Below are positions 11,593 to 28,323 of a DNA stretch of 64,000 nucleotides, one piece after another. Numbering within the stretch: position 1 is the stretch's first letter; every line of letters starts with the position of its first letter. The notes under the pieces are model-generated. The model was given only the letters and a program-made list of their open reading frames with translations, had not been told where the DNA came from and did not search any database. The stretch is taken from contig NW_005201392.1 of assembly GCF_000372725.1 (NCBI RefSeq), positions 723,660 to 787,659 on the forward strand. Direction: 5' to 3'. A program made the translations under genes and the position numbers. This stretch comes from Emiliania huxleyi CCMP1516 (taxonomy: Eukaryota).

Positions 11593-13318
11593 CAGTAAGC
11601 GCGGGTTAGCGCGGGTTAGTGCTCACTAACCCGGCACGGGTCAGCACGGGTCAGAATGGGTTACCATAACCCGGCACTAACCCGGCACTAACCCGTGCGG
11701 CTGGGGGGCATACGTCAGCATGGGTCTGCGCCAGGTTAGGGGTGGGTTAGGGCCGGGTTAGTGCAGCGCACCCCGGGTTAGAGCTGGTTGGCGAGATGAA
11801 ACGGCTGCGGCGGGCACCCGAGCCGACCTCCGCGATGGAGCCTTGGCTGCAGAAGGCCGTGGATGCCAAGCTGCTCATTGAGAAGAACACCCGCGTGCGC
11901 AGTTCGGACGGGTCCAAGGCGGTCGCTCGTGCTGGAAGTGGACCGTGTACGTCGACTAGAGCACGTCCCTCCTCACTGCTCCGTGCGCGCCTGACGCCCA
12001 GTCGACACACCTCCCGGTGCGCCCATGGCCTCCACTGCCATGGCAGTGCGGCCTGCAGGGGGCCCGGCCCTCAACGTGTGCCAGCGATGGCCCTAGGGAG
12101 GAGGAGTGCGCTGAGGGCGGTACATTATAGATCCTGTGGCATGAGATTGTCCCGCTCGCCATGCGCCCGCGGCTGTGGTGTGGCCTGAGGGAGGGTGTAG
12201 AGGATGTAGAGTGTAGAGCGCTGTAGAGCACTAGAGCTGTAGAGGGCTGTAGAGCGCTGTAGAGCTGTAGAGCTCTACATCCGCCGCGGGACGAAGTGCC
12301 TGCGTTGTAGAGCGATGTAGAGGCGCTCTACAACGTGAAATCTCTACAACAAACTCTACATCATAAGCCGCGAACGAGGCACGGTCGCTCTCCGACATGA
12401 GGCGCGTTGCACTTGCCAGTGCTGCCCTGGCCTTCTGTCTGCCCGCCCAATGTGTGGCAGGTGCCTCTGCTGCTGTGGCATGCCTCACGGCTGCGACTGG
12501 CCGGCGCCTCGGCGCGTCAGCTCGGCTCGGCGTAGCGATAGTGGCCAGCGCAACTCGCCTGGACTCAACGCTCAGCCAGGAGCTCCCGCAAGCGCTGGCG
12601 CGAGGCATGGCGCGTGCAACGCGCAGCAATGCTCGCCTCGCCTCGCGCAAATGCGACCGTCCTCGCAGCCGACAGTCCATCGCCTGCTAAAGAAGCACTG
12701 CGACGAATGCGGCACCGGCGACGCATGGCAGGCTGGTCATGACGCAGTTATAGGGTGTTGTGTGCCGTCAGAGTGACTCTCTGTGTGTCAGGGATAGTCA
12801 GGGCCGTCCATCAGAGCTCCAGTAAGCTCGGAGACACCCCATTAGTGCGACTCGACCTCTTTGAGTCACTGCCTTCCCGGCGGTTTTGCTGTAGAGCCTC
12901 TACAACAAACTCTACAACAAAATCGCGCTCTACATCGCTCTACAACGCAGGCACTTCGTCCCGCGGCGGATGTAGAGCTCTACAGCTCTACAGCGCTCTA
13001 CAGCTCTACAGCTCTACAGCGCTCTACACTCTACATCCTCTACACCCTCCCTCAGGGTGTGGCGAGTGAGTGAACGCACGAGAGAGGGGTGGAACGAGCC
13101 GTAACCCAATCCCAAGCGTAACCCAGACTAACCCGAGACTAACCCGGCGCTAACCCGGCGCTAACCCGCGCTGCTCGGGGGCATACGTTAGGATGGGTTA
13201 GTGCCGGGTTAGTGCCGGGTTAGCGTCGGGTTATGGTAACCCGTTCTAACCCGTGCCGACCCGTACTGGGTTAGTGTGGCTTAACCCGGTGGAACCCACG
13301 GCTAACCCGCGCTTACAG
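11593..13318. mobile_element. Non-autonomous TIR element with TAACCC/GGGTTA-rich ends, containing a nested MITE
   Basis: Imperfect inverted repeats of ~100 bp: GTAAGCGCGGGTTAGC at 11595 and GCTAACCCGCGCTTAC at 13301-13316. TAACCCGGCAC repeats with an 11-bp period. No TSD visible. Confidence 0.65.
12185..13055. mobile_element. hAT-like MITE, copy 1 (871 bp)
   Basis: TIR CTGAGGGAGGGTGTAGAGGATGTAGAGTGTAGAGCGCTGTAGAGC and its reverse complement. Exact 8-bp TSD GGTGTGGC (12177-12184, 13056-13063). Subterminal GTAGAG/CTCTAC arrays. Confidence 0.92.
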
Positions 13319-13409
13319 GCTTACGCATGTGTTTCTCAAACAACCGCCGCGATTGGCAGCCGCGTGGTTTCGCCGACGGCTCACCAAACCAGCGCATGCA
13401 TGTAAGGAT

Positions 13410-15012
13410 ATGACAGCCGAGGCGATCGAGGTGACCACCGACGGCGAGCTAACGGTAGACGATGAGGGTGATGAAGAGATGGAATTCGACGCAAAGAATC
13501 CCGACGCGAGGGAGTCGTGCGGCCACTTCTTCCTGCTCTGGTCGTCCACGATCACAACTGCGGTCGCCAATTTCGGCGTGCAGTACAACTACGACTCTAT
13601 CGGTCCAGCGGAGGTGTGGCTTCACCCGCTCTACGGGAAGGACAGCAACTACGACCTCCTCCTGAAGGTGATCATCTTCATTGGCACCGCCATCGGCATG
13701 ATTAGCTTTGGCGCCGCCGGCGACCTCTTTGGCCGCAACCGAGGCCTGCTCGTCTGCCAGTACATCCAGATTGCCGGCGCACTGCTGCAGGGCATTGTCC
13801 CGTGGGGCAGCAAGGCCTCGACCTACTGCCTGCTCATCGCCGTCCGCACCTTCATCGGCGTGGGCGCAGGGGGAGTTTACCCGCTCTCAGCGGCCAAGGC
13901 CGCCGAGGACAGCGCCGCGGTCGATCCCGTCCACAAGTCCGTCTCGGTCGCGTGGGCCTTCTTGTGGCGTAACTTCGGCGCCATCGCGCCATGGTCATGG
14001 GCCCTCGTCTTTTACTGTGAGCGCCCGCGCCTACGGAACCTCTGCGCACCCCCGCCCGGGCACCCCTCCACCCGCGGACGCCCGCCCGTCTGCAGACACG
14101 TGCGGCGAGTACGCGGACATGGTGCCGTGGTCGGCCCCGCCCGCAAGCCGCGTCGGATCGCAGTTTGCCTGGCGCTTCATCTTAATGTTTGGCGCCGTGG
14201 CGCCGGCCGTCGTGGGCGTCTTCATGCACCTGCAGCCCAAAGAGGTCGCTGTCAAGGAGCAGAAGCGGCTGTCGCGGTGGACAACCTCCCGGGTCTCGCG
14301 CGCCGAGGCGGCCGGCCACAGGAAGGCCTCGGCGACCGCCTCGGCCGGCCTGTGGGAAGCGGTCAAGTCGGAGCCGCTGGTGTGGCGGAAGCTGCTCGGC
14401 ACGGGCGGCGGCTGGTTCTTCTTCGACTGGTCCTTCTACGGCAATCACCTGCTGCAGGGCAAGATCCTCGGCCTGATCCTTCCGGGCGACACGGCCGCCG
14501 ACGCGTGGGAAAACATCAGCCTCGACATTGTCGGCATTTTCGTCGTGCTGTTCGCGATCCAGCTCTTCCCGTGGGCCGGCGTCCGCTGGCTGCAGTTCTG
14601 GGGCTTTTTCTCCGGCGGGGTCTGCTGCCTGCTGATTGGGCTCCTGTGGCCGGCGCTGATCGACAACACCAGCGGCATCCTGCTCGTGATCTACTACATC
14701 CAGTACGGCAGCTACTGGATCCCCAACACCACTACTTACGTGATGTCCGCGCTGGTGTACAAGCCCTCCATACGCGGCACCTTGAACGGCCTCTCCGCCG
14801 CCGCCGGCAAAGTCGGCGCGATCATTGGCGTGACGGCATTCACCAAGATGTTCGAGGTCTGCGACGACAAGACAGGCGACGATCACCAACAGTGCATCAA
14901 CGACGCCGTGCAGCGCGTGATGTTCACCTCGTTCGCGGCGGCGTGCGGCGGCATGTTCTGCACCATCTACGGCGTCGGTCTCGAGCCAACGGGCGCGAAG
15001 AACAAGAAGTAG
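13410..15012 (+). CDS. Inorganic phosphate:H+ symporter (PHO84/PHT1-like, MFS); intron 14017-14095
   Basis: Motifs GDLFGR, RTFIGVGAGGVYPLSA, LLGTGGGWFFFDWSFYG, PNTTTYV and RGTLNGLSAAAGKVGAIIG. A GT-AG intron joins the two ORFs. Confidence 0.9.
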
Positions 15013-15327
15013 AGGAGAAAGTGAAAGGAGGAGGAACGGACAAAGTCCTGCGAATCGGCTATGTAACGGTGTGCGGTATGTGAGACGCCTCGAGTGTGAG
15101 TGTACGTACTTTTAGCTTACTGGGAGACGGGTTGTGTTGTGCTGTTCTCTCTCGGCCCCTAAGGGCCCTACGCGTATAATATCGTCCACGACAGTTCCAG
15201 ACGGTATTTCTGTTAAAAATACGTACGTACGAAGGTGTGCTAGTATGTGGTGGTAATAGCTAAACAAGCAGCAAGCACGGTCTCCGAGGAAGCACAAGCA
15301 GCAACCAGCAACTTCCGCTAGGGATCC

Positions 15328-16068
15328 CTACTTCTTGTCGCTCGTCGACGCCAGTTGCAAGCCCGCGACCTGCGCGCCGAGGATGCACGCGGAGACAAGG
15401 CCGACGGTGGTGTAGGCGCGGAGCCGGGCGGCCACGTCCGTGACGGGGTCGGGGAAGAGGAGGAGGACGGCGAAGAAGACGGGCGGCGACCATACGTAGA
15501 CGTCGTGGATGGATTTAGAATAGCGGCCGCTGTTGGCCGTCGTGAAGTCGTGATGCACGTCGACCGCCAGGCCGATTTCGAAGATGCCCTCGCAGAGGAG
15601 GAGGAGGTTGCGCGTGAGGCCGGCCGGCACGAAGAAGGCGACGGTGAACTCGAGCAGGAATTGAAAGAAGCACTGCCACACGCCCCACATCTTTGTGCTC
15701 AGCACGTGCGCCTTGGTGATCAGCGGGAAGCCGAGGTCGTCGAGGACGGAGGAGGGCGAGAGCAGCACGGGCAGGCCGCTCACGAGGGTGAGGGCGGACT
15801 TGGCGCCCAAGAACCAAGTGATGCCACGTCCGATGAACGGCTCGCTTTCGTCGCCGCCTCCGCCGCCGCCGTCATCACCGCCGCCGCCGCCGCCGCCGCC
15901 ATCGCCGCCAACTTTGCCGTCATCGCCGCCGCCGCTGTCGGCCAATTTGGGCGTGGTCGAGCGGCGGGCGATGGCCGGTCGCGCTGCAAGCTTACCACGA
16001 GCGTGGCCAGAAAATGTGAGTGCGTCCGCAAAGGCCAGGAGGACCGCGAGCAAGCTTATCGCACGCAT
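15328..16068 (-). CDS. Putative plastid-targeted membrane protein with Gly-rich linker
   Basis: Signal peptide MRAISLLAVLLAFADA-LTF, Arg/Ser-rich transit-like stretch, poly-Gly linker and several hydrophobic helices. Confidence 0.65.
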   Translation of the reverse strand: MRAISLLAVLLAFADALTFSGHARGKLAARPAIARRSTTPKLADSGGGDDGKVGGDGGGGGGGGDDGGGGGGDESEPFIGRGITWFLGAKSALTLVSGLPVLLSPSSVLDDLGFPLITKAHVLSTKMWGVWQCFFQFLLEFTVAFFVPAGLTRNLLLLCEGIFEIGLAVDVHHDFTTANSGRYSKSIHDVYVWSPPVFFAVLLLFPDPVTDVAARLRAYTTVGLVSACILGAQVAGLQLASTSDKK

Positions 16069-17075
16069 AGGCTCTCTTGTTCGTCGAAGAGTTCGCTGCT
16101 CGACAGGGAGCAGCAGTCGTGGCCCACGCAAGCGAGTCCGTCCAGGCCTGACAGCGGGGGGGGGCGGACAGCACAGGTGACCAACACCCTGACCCCAACA
16201 ATAGAATTTTTTTTGGCCTCTCCCGACATAAAGAGTAAGAAACGGAGTTGTAAAACAAGAACCGAAAAGAACAAGGAAAAGAAATCGCGGGCAACGAATT
16301 TCACCGCGGCGAAGAATCTCTGGCGAAAAAGAACTTTAGGTTGCACCACCCCTCGCAGGCTTTCCCTCTGACCGCCACCGTTCCCAAGCTGCCTAATTAA
16401 TGGGATGGAAAGGAAGGCTGGGCGAGCGTATAGAAGCGTGCTCGTGCACCTCGATCCTGTACCGTGTTTGTTATGACCCCCCCCCATGAACACACCAGTG
16501 AGGGAGGGCGAGACGATCGAGGGGTCCCGTACCCAGTCGTCTGTGTGTCTCGCGCTACCACGCGGAATCGACCCTATCCGGTGCTCAAGTGCTCAAGCGT
16601 GCTCGACCTCGTCGTGGCAACCTGCACTGCAGCGCTGGTAGGCGCGATGAGCGTCGTGCCATCTGACCCAAGACGGGTCGCAGGCCGTACCGAGCGCGTC
16701 GAGACCGTGTCCTGATGTGATCTGCACGGGTGAGTCACGTCGGCGTCAAAGGAGCGACGTGCGACCTCGTGAGTCACCTGTCAGAGCTTGATCTCCGATC
16801 TCAGCTGGCGTCGAGTCGTCTCCGGCGCGCGACAAAGGTACATCCCCAGGACGCACAGCGAGGCAGCTGCGACCCCGCCGAGTGGACGGTGGCACACTCC
16901 GCGCCCCCACCTGCTGTGTGCCACCGTCTACTTGGTGGGGTCGCAGCTGCCTCTGGAAGGCACCGACATGTACCTTTTTGCGCAAATGGTCAAATCAAGG
17001 TTTTGTAACGCGAGCTGTGCCACAGTGGAACGATGGAACTTAGCCACAAGAACAGGAACGGCGGCTTCTCCTCCT

Positions 17076-17182
17076 AGGTGTGCCGGTGTGTGTGTGGTGC
17101 CACAGTCCGCGCCAGTCTGCGCCCTTGTCGTGCCAGTGTGCTGCCGTGACAGAGGCTCAGGCTTGTATTTTAAGATTCTCCT
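17076..17182 (+). repeat. Dispersed repeat (non-LTR retroelement 3' tail), same family as 56213-56335
   Basis: GGTGTGCCGGTGTGTGTG...CAGTCCGCGCCAGTC...GGCTTGTATT.TAAGA matches 56236-56330. Confidence 0.7.
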
Positions 17183-17247
17183 CCTACAACCGCGGCCACC
17201 GACTATAAGATCCCCGTGCGGGCGGCCTAGCCCTAGGCGCCCTAGCG

Positions 17248-18369
17248 CTAGGCAAGCACCACGCCGCTTGGCGGCCACACCGGGACGCCTGCCACAGCCG
17301 CCGCGATCGCGACGCCCGCCGCGGTGCCGGCCAGGACGGCGACCCCGTTGACGAGCGCCCACGCGACGGCCAGCGCGCAGACGCGACTGAGTACGGGCTG
17401 CGACGCGCGCAGCGGCATCCGCGCCTGCAGCGCCGCCACGGCACGGCGGTACCGAGGCGTGAGCAACGCGGCGGCGGTCAGCTCGGCGGGAAGCAGCAGC
17501 GGGCCTAGCCGCGAGTCGAGCCGTGAACAGCGTCGCTTCACAGCTCGGCCGTGAAGGAAGCAGCTGCGGGCCAAGTGCGAGGCGCAGCGTGGCGTGCGTC
17601 CGCAGCAGGGCGGGCCTAAGGCACGAGTCGAGGCAGCTGAGGGTGTGAGCAGCGGTGCCGTCAGAGCATCGCGTGAACGCAAGGGCCACGGGTACAGCGA
17701 ATACAGCGGGGACGCCGCCAATCCGCCTCGAGGCACCCCATTGGGAATGCAGGTGTGTGTTTCGCATCTAAGCGGGGCGGGCCACTGCCCGGCGGCGATG
17801 GGGGAGAGGCGGCTGTGTCTGCTGCTGAGCCCCCAGGCGACGGAGAAGAAGGCGCCTTGCAGCAGGTTGCTCACGAGCGAGAGCGACAGCACGCAGACCG
17901 CGGTAAACTGGCAGAGCGCGATCACAACGTCGGACCGTTGCTGCGGCGTCAGGCCACCAAACAGCTGCCGCCACATCGCCGCAGGGAGCTCCTCAAAGTA
18001 TGCGTCCCGCGTGGTCGCAAGCGCCTCGTCGGCGTCCGAGAGAACCTTGCGCGTGAGGTCGCCGAATTGGTACGACTCTTTGCCCGTGATGCTGGTGGCG
18101 ACTGGCTCGAGGACGGACTCGACGCTCCGCTTCACCTCGTCCGCGGCTCCCTTTGTGAGATCTCCGAACCTGTAGTCCTCATTGCCGGTCGCCTTGCGCA
18201 TCGCATCCTCAAACATTTCGGTCGGGTCCCACTGCGCTCGCGGCGCGCTGGTGCGGCTGATCAGAGGCGGCTGCGCTGGGTGGCAGCCAGCTCGCGGCAG
18301 GAGCGAGAAGCAGTGGCAGGAACGGAGCGGCATCAGCAAGAGCACTTGTGTGACGCGAGTGGAGAGCAT
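17248..18369 (-). CDS. Hypothetical, probably plastid-targeted membrane protein with two Y-x-FGDLT repeats; one probable intron near 17620-17780
   Basis: Signal-like N-terminus, repeats TGNEDYRFGDLTK and TGKESYQFGDLTR, and C-terminal hydrophobic helices. Confidence 0.65.
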   Translation of the reverse strand: MLSTRVTQVLLLMPLRSCHCFSLLPRAGCHPAQPPLISRTSAPRAQWDPTEMFEDAMRKATGNEDYRFGDLTKGAADEVKRSVESVLEPVATSITGKESYQFGDLTRKVLSDADEALATTRDAYFEELPAAMWRQLFGGLTPQQRSDVVIALCQFTAVCVLSLSLVSNLLQGAFFSVAWGLSSRHSRLSPIAAGQWPAPLRCETHTCIPNGVPRGGLAASPLYSLYPWPLRSRDALTAPLLTPSAASTRALGPPCCGRTPRCASHLARSCFLHGRAVKRRCSRLDSRLGPLLLPAELTAAALLTPRYRRAVAALQARMPLRASQPVLSRVCALAVAWALVNGVAVLAGTAAGVAIAAAVAGVPVWPPSGVVLA

Positions 18370-19735
18370 GTCACTAAGCACTTGAGCACTGGATAGATCG
18401 GGCGCGCGTTTGCCCGGACAAGAGACGAGCCGCTTCTTCGGGCCAGACTATGTTCACAGCCTTGTTATTGAGAAGAAACTACGTCCTATGTTCACAACGG
18501 TGGGAGGCCAACCTCTCTAGCCATGTGAACCAAAAAGAAAAAACATATTCTCAAAGCCAGTCAGAGCACCTTCCAAAGGCGGGTGCTGAGGGCCCAACTT
18601 CAGAATCGTGCTTTGAGTTGGGTTGTTTCGTGTTGGGTTGGGTTGTTGGCCCGGGTTGGGTTGTTCCCTGAGTAAGGGCGTAGACCTTACCCTGAGGTTG
18701 GGTCGTCGGCGCGAAGGGTGAGGTCTCGACCGCCGCCGCTCACGCCAGCGGACGGCCACCATCGGTGTTTTTGGCTTCGCCACCGTCCAAGGCGTGCGCC
18801 ATGCGCTCGCCGGCATCGAGCGAGCAACGTGATCGACCGAGCGGCTTGCTGTGTGGACGCCTTCTTCTGGCTCTCGTCGAGAGCGTTTTGCGTCCCGGCG
18901 GGTGTGAGAATGTGTGTCGTTCTGATGTGTCACTGTGTACGTCACATCGGTCTTGATAACAAGCACGGTCGATCCGTCGAAGCGATACACTCGTTCCTAT
19001 CACGTTGGACGGCTTGCACGGAGCTCTGTGCCGGCACACAGCAAGAGCCGTGCGGCAAGAAGAGCTCGATGGGGAGCGAGAACCGTCAGAGGTGCTCACC
19101 CAGGTTTCGGAAGTCCGCCTTGATGCGGTCAGTTCCCCCCAGGTTTGACCGCGCAGCTCGCAAGACTCGTCGAGCACTCGCAGCCTTTCTGCGCCTCTGA
19201 CTCTGCAAGCTATGCGGGAAGAGCAGTTTATCCGCAATATATCGACGAGTTCGAGAGAGCCACAGGCTTTCGCTCGGGAGGGATTGAGTGCATCGCGACG
19301 GACTTCAGGTTACACCTGAAAATCTGACGGTTCTGGGCACGGATTGCCCGTTAGGGCGCAGAAGGTGGAGGTGATGGAGATGCCGGCGGCTGTTTTGACG
19401 GAGGAGGGGGCAAATAGGAAGAGGGTCGCCATGACGGCGACCGACATCGCCGCCATGACAGCGACCGACCGACTGGGAAGCAGCAGGCGCAAAGCAGTGA
19501 AGTATCTCGGTGGGGATTGCGCCTGCTCCCAAATGACAGAGCTGCCGCCGCGGTCGAGGCGTGACCGGAGCAGCGCCTGTTCTGACGGGGCTTCTGAGCT
19601 TGGCTCAGATCGCTCGTCGGTGGCCTGGAGTAGCATTTGCTGATTTGAGACGCTGTAAGTTGGTGGGAAAAGCGAGCTGCAAAAAAAAGAAATTCGTCGC
19701 GGATACTCTGACTGGGCGAGCAGGAGAGCCCCACC

Positions 19736-19986
19736 TGTGCCCCTGATCGTCCTTCCAAAATCCTGCTCGTGCAGGTGGGGACCCTGTCCTCCTCCCCTAT
19801 CCCTCCATCCGCCATCCCTCGTTATTGGGGTGCCTGTTTTTTTTCTTTCTTTCTTTTTCTGACTGGGCGACGGCTAGCACCACACTCCTCTCCTTAAAAT
19901 CCCTGTGTGGTGGCGGCGTGCCGTCCTCCCATCCCTCCCTTGGGTTGCTTGTTCTCTTTCTTTCTTTTTCTGACACACTTTTTCTC
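19736..19986 (+). repeat. Stack of dispersed repeat ends with (TTTC)n tails
   Basis: 19740-19790 is the reverse complement of 31838-31886. 19910-19970 is the reverse complement of motifs at 6953-7010 and 53146-53195 (GGATGGGAGGACG). Confidence 0.65.
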
Positions 19987-20382
19987 ATGGTTGGCCCTGT
20001 CGGCTGTCTCGCGACGTCCGACGACTCGCGTCTAGACGTGGAGTCGCGAGGGTTGCCCCACCACCTCTTGTGTGTTGGAGAAGTTTACCTTACCTTACCT
20101 TGCTTCGCTCTGCAGCACGCTCTGCAGCCGCTCTCGCGACCCCTTCGCGTCGACACGAGACCTGTGCACCTGGTTGCTGGCCGCCAGCCATTCGGCACGT
20201 ATGGGCGAGCCAGCAACCCCGCCTCCTCCACCTGCAGCTCTCCCCTCTGGTCCACCCTTCTGCCCCGCTAGCCCCGCCTCTCCGCCCCCGCGCGGCCGCC
20301 TCGCTCTCCCCTCCTCTGCCTGGGCTGAAGATCGGCCGACCCCCTCGGGCCGTCTCCGCTAGGCTGCTCGGCCCCGACCGCA

Positions 20383-25695
<5,313 letters not shown>

Positions 25696-25896
25696 CGTTG
25701 CGGCGTCGAGTATCACTCGAGCGGCTACAAGCGAGGATGCACAGCGGATGCCGAGCTGTGCCGAAGCCGGCGGCCGATAACCCGTTCACGGCGGCTCGCC
25801 GTCGTCTTGCACTGGCACCCTGGCGGCACCCCGGAGTTGCATGCACATGTGCATGTGCATGCACATGTTGTGCATGTCACATGCACATGTAGGCTC

Positions 25897-26170
25897 GATG
25901 CTGCCCAAGAAGGCCTTGGGTGGGCTGGAGCATGGCACAGCCTCGCCCTCACCGCCGACGGCGCGGTCTGGGATGGATGGATGGAGCTGGGGCGATCGAT
26001 GGGCGTTCGTTGTGGCCAGCTGGGTGGGCCACGGCGACGAGCTGGCTCAGCTGCTGCCCAAGAAGGTCGAGGCCTTGGCTGGCCAGCGCGTCGTCGCTGT
26101 CTCGGCTGGAGATAAAGACAGCATATCGCCACATCACCGCCGACGGAGCTGTCTGGAGCTGGGTGGGGAA
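25897..26170 (+). pseudogene. Degenerate RCC1-repeat gene fragment
   Basis: Pieces HSLALTADGAVW and GHGDELAQLLPKKVEALAGQRVVAVSAG lie in different frames. Closely similar to repeats in 32374-33786. Confidence 0.8.
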
Positions 26171-28323
26171 GCTTCATCCGGACCCTTGGACACCAAACCG
26201 ATGGCGCACACCTCGACATGTCATCATGTCAATCTGAACAGGCGAGGGCTTCGTTTTGGAACAACACAAGGTCTTTGTGGCGGCGGTGAATGGCACGTGC
26301 GGGGTGCGGCGGCCGACGCTTTGTCCTTAGCCTGGCCGGGGCCAAGGCGTGCGAGGAGCTCGCATTAACCCCTAAACGGCTGCGGCTCCCATATGGGAGC
26401 TTCGTGTTTTCATGTAAAGAGAAAGCCAGCTGTCTTGTGGGTCGATATGGCCGATCCATCGATTCACACGTGCATGGCAGACGACCCGGGCAACTCCACG
26501 CTGCCTGACCCCAACCGCTTGAGTCAGCATTCGCGTCTCGGAGCGGGAGATGCACGAAAACCGGTCAGCTTCCTTTCCCGCAGCATCGATCTATTACACC
26601 GCCGCGTTTCGATCACCGATCACCCCCTGAATAAGGAGTGCTGAGCTCCTAGGCCGGTGATCGGTGACCAGGTGACCGGCCGGTGATCATGCAGCTAGTG
26701 GGTGGTGCCCCGGCCGCCGTAAGCGTCATCCACGCCCGCAAGTATCACCCCCATCGGGATGCCGACACGAGGACCGCGACTCGACTCTCCTCGCTCGAGA
26801 GAGGCGAGACGAGAAGCACGATAGAACACACACGAGATCCTTCCTATGTTTGTTGCATAGCCTATGTGAGGAGGAGATTTTAAAGACTCTCTCTTCCCTA
26901 TGTGTGATATGGCATCGAATATGGCAGGCCACTCTCAAGCCCTACAAGCATCAGATCACCCAGTTGGGCAGGGTTGACATCGTGATTCCGCGGACATTTT
27001 CTTTTTTCTGCTGTGAAAATTCCGGCGTGGAGAGAGGGGAAACCCCGACCGGGAGGGAGGGCCCAGACCTACCTACCCTCCCTACCTACCCCGGCATGAG
27101 GTCCGGCCAAGCAAAAAGGGCACACCTGATTTATTTGGATTTTCGGGACTTGCAAGAGAAGACTTGCAATGAAATCTCGTACATACAGATCGGCGGGGAT
27201 GTCGCAAGGGGAATGAAAGGTGCCATCTTCGGCGACACCGGATTTCGTCCTCCTCACTCGGGGGACCTCGTGGGGCGCGTCGTTCGCACCGCACCTGGAC
27301 TCTGCCCGCCGCGGCTGAGTCCATGCACGCACATCGTGAGTCTAGTTGTCTGCTTACGGAGGAGCCGGCGAGCGCACGGCCGCCACGCTCCCCGCAGATG
27401 CCGCCACGCTCTCCGCTCTCGCACGTCATTGACCAGGAGCAGCAGGAGGATGCTGCGGCAGCACCCAGCCCACCGGCTCGAAGCAACCCGGCTCCATTTG
27501 TACTCTGTTCGCCGATCAAGTCAACCGGGATTGACCCTCGAACGATCCCGCCCCGAGACGTTCAGGGTCAGAAGGCGCCGCCACCGGCGCCGGTGCGGCC
27601 TCCACGGGTGACCAGGGCAAAGGGTGTGAGCTGGAAGTCGCCGCGGCCTGAGGGACGGTGTGCACTTTAGCAGCTTCCCGGCCCCAACCTGATGGCAGTC
27701 GCGCTGCGCACGCTGACCGCACAACCCAGCCGTCCACAACCTAACGGGCCGCACTCTGCGTCGCTCTGCGAGCTGGCTGCAGGGAGGCTGCAGGCCGCCC
27801 CCCATCTCCCATCCAATCCATGCACCCTGCCTGAGTTTTGGCTGCGACAGATGCAGCGTTTTTCCCTCCGAGAGACCTCCGTCTGCTTCTTGCGAGTCCG
27901 CCCACGCGCGTAGATATATCCGCTACCCGCTCTCCGCTCCGGCCGCGCGCCACCCGCCCCATATATCGGTGCGCCATCGGCACCGCCCCAGCGGCCCGCG
28001 CCCCCGTTCCCGCCCCAGACGCCAAAGCGCGATTTTCCAGCAGCTCAGCCACATGTGTGGTCAATTTTCGTGCATCACTCTTTTGTGCAGTAAAAACTAA
28101 AAAATCAAACCAAAACGCCGCGCGCGGAGACGGGCTCGGTACGCCTGGACGCCATAAGGGCGCGCTCGATGGAGGGCAACCTCCGCTGGGGGAAGGTTTG
28201 GGGGAGGCCGGAGGTTGAGCAATTTGTGTGCCCTTGGCGCTGGGGGGAGGGACTGAGACTCACCTTTGCCACCACCGCCACGCGCCACCCGCGCCAGGGA
28301 CTCGCCGCGCCATAGTTACAGGC

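Noticed and set aside
11705..11715. Resemblance of GCATACGT to the loxP spacer
   Set aside because: No Cre-binding 13-bp arms are present; the match is short and probably coincidental.
11596..13316. Interstitial telomere or chromosome fusion site
   Set aside because: TAACCC units are spaced ~11 bp apart rather than as contiguous hexamers, and they form element-like inverted ends.
16580..16597. Relict dinoflagellate-type spliced leader (GCTCAAG x2)
   Set aside because: Only the last 7 nt match; the rest of the known leader is absent.
25837..25890. CATG/CACATG self-complementary repeat (also 44288-44320)
   Set aside because: Low-complexity purine-pyrimidine microsatellite with no further structure.
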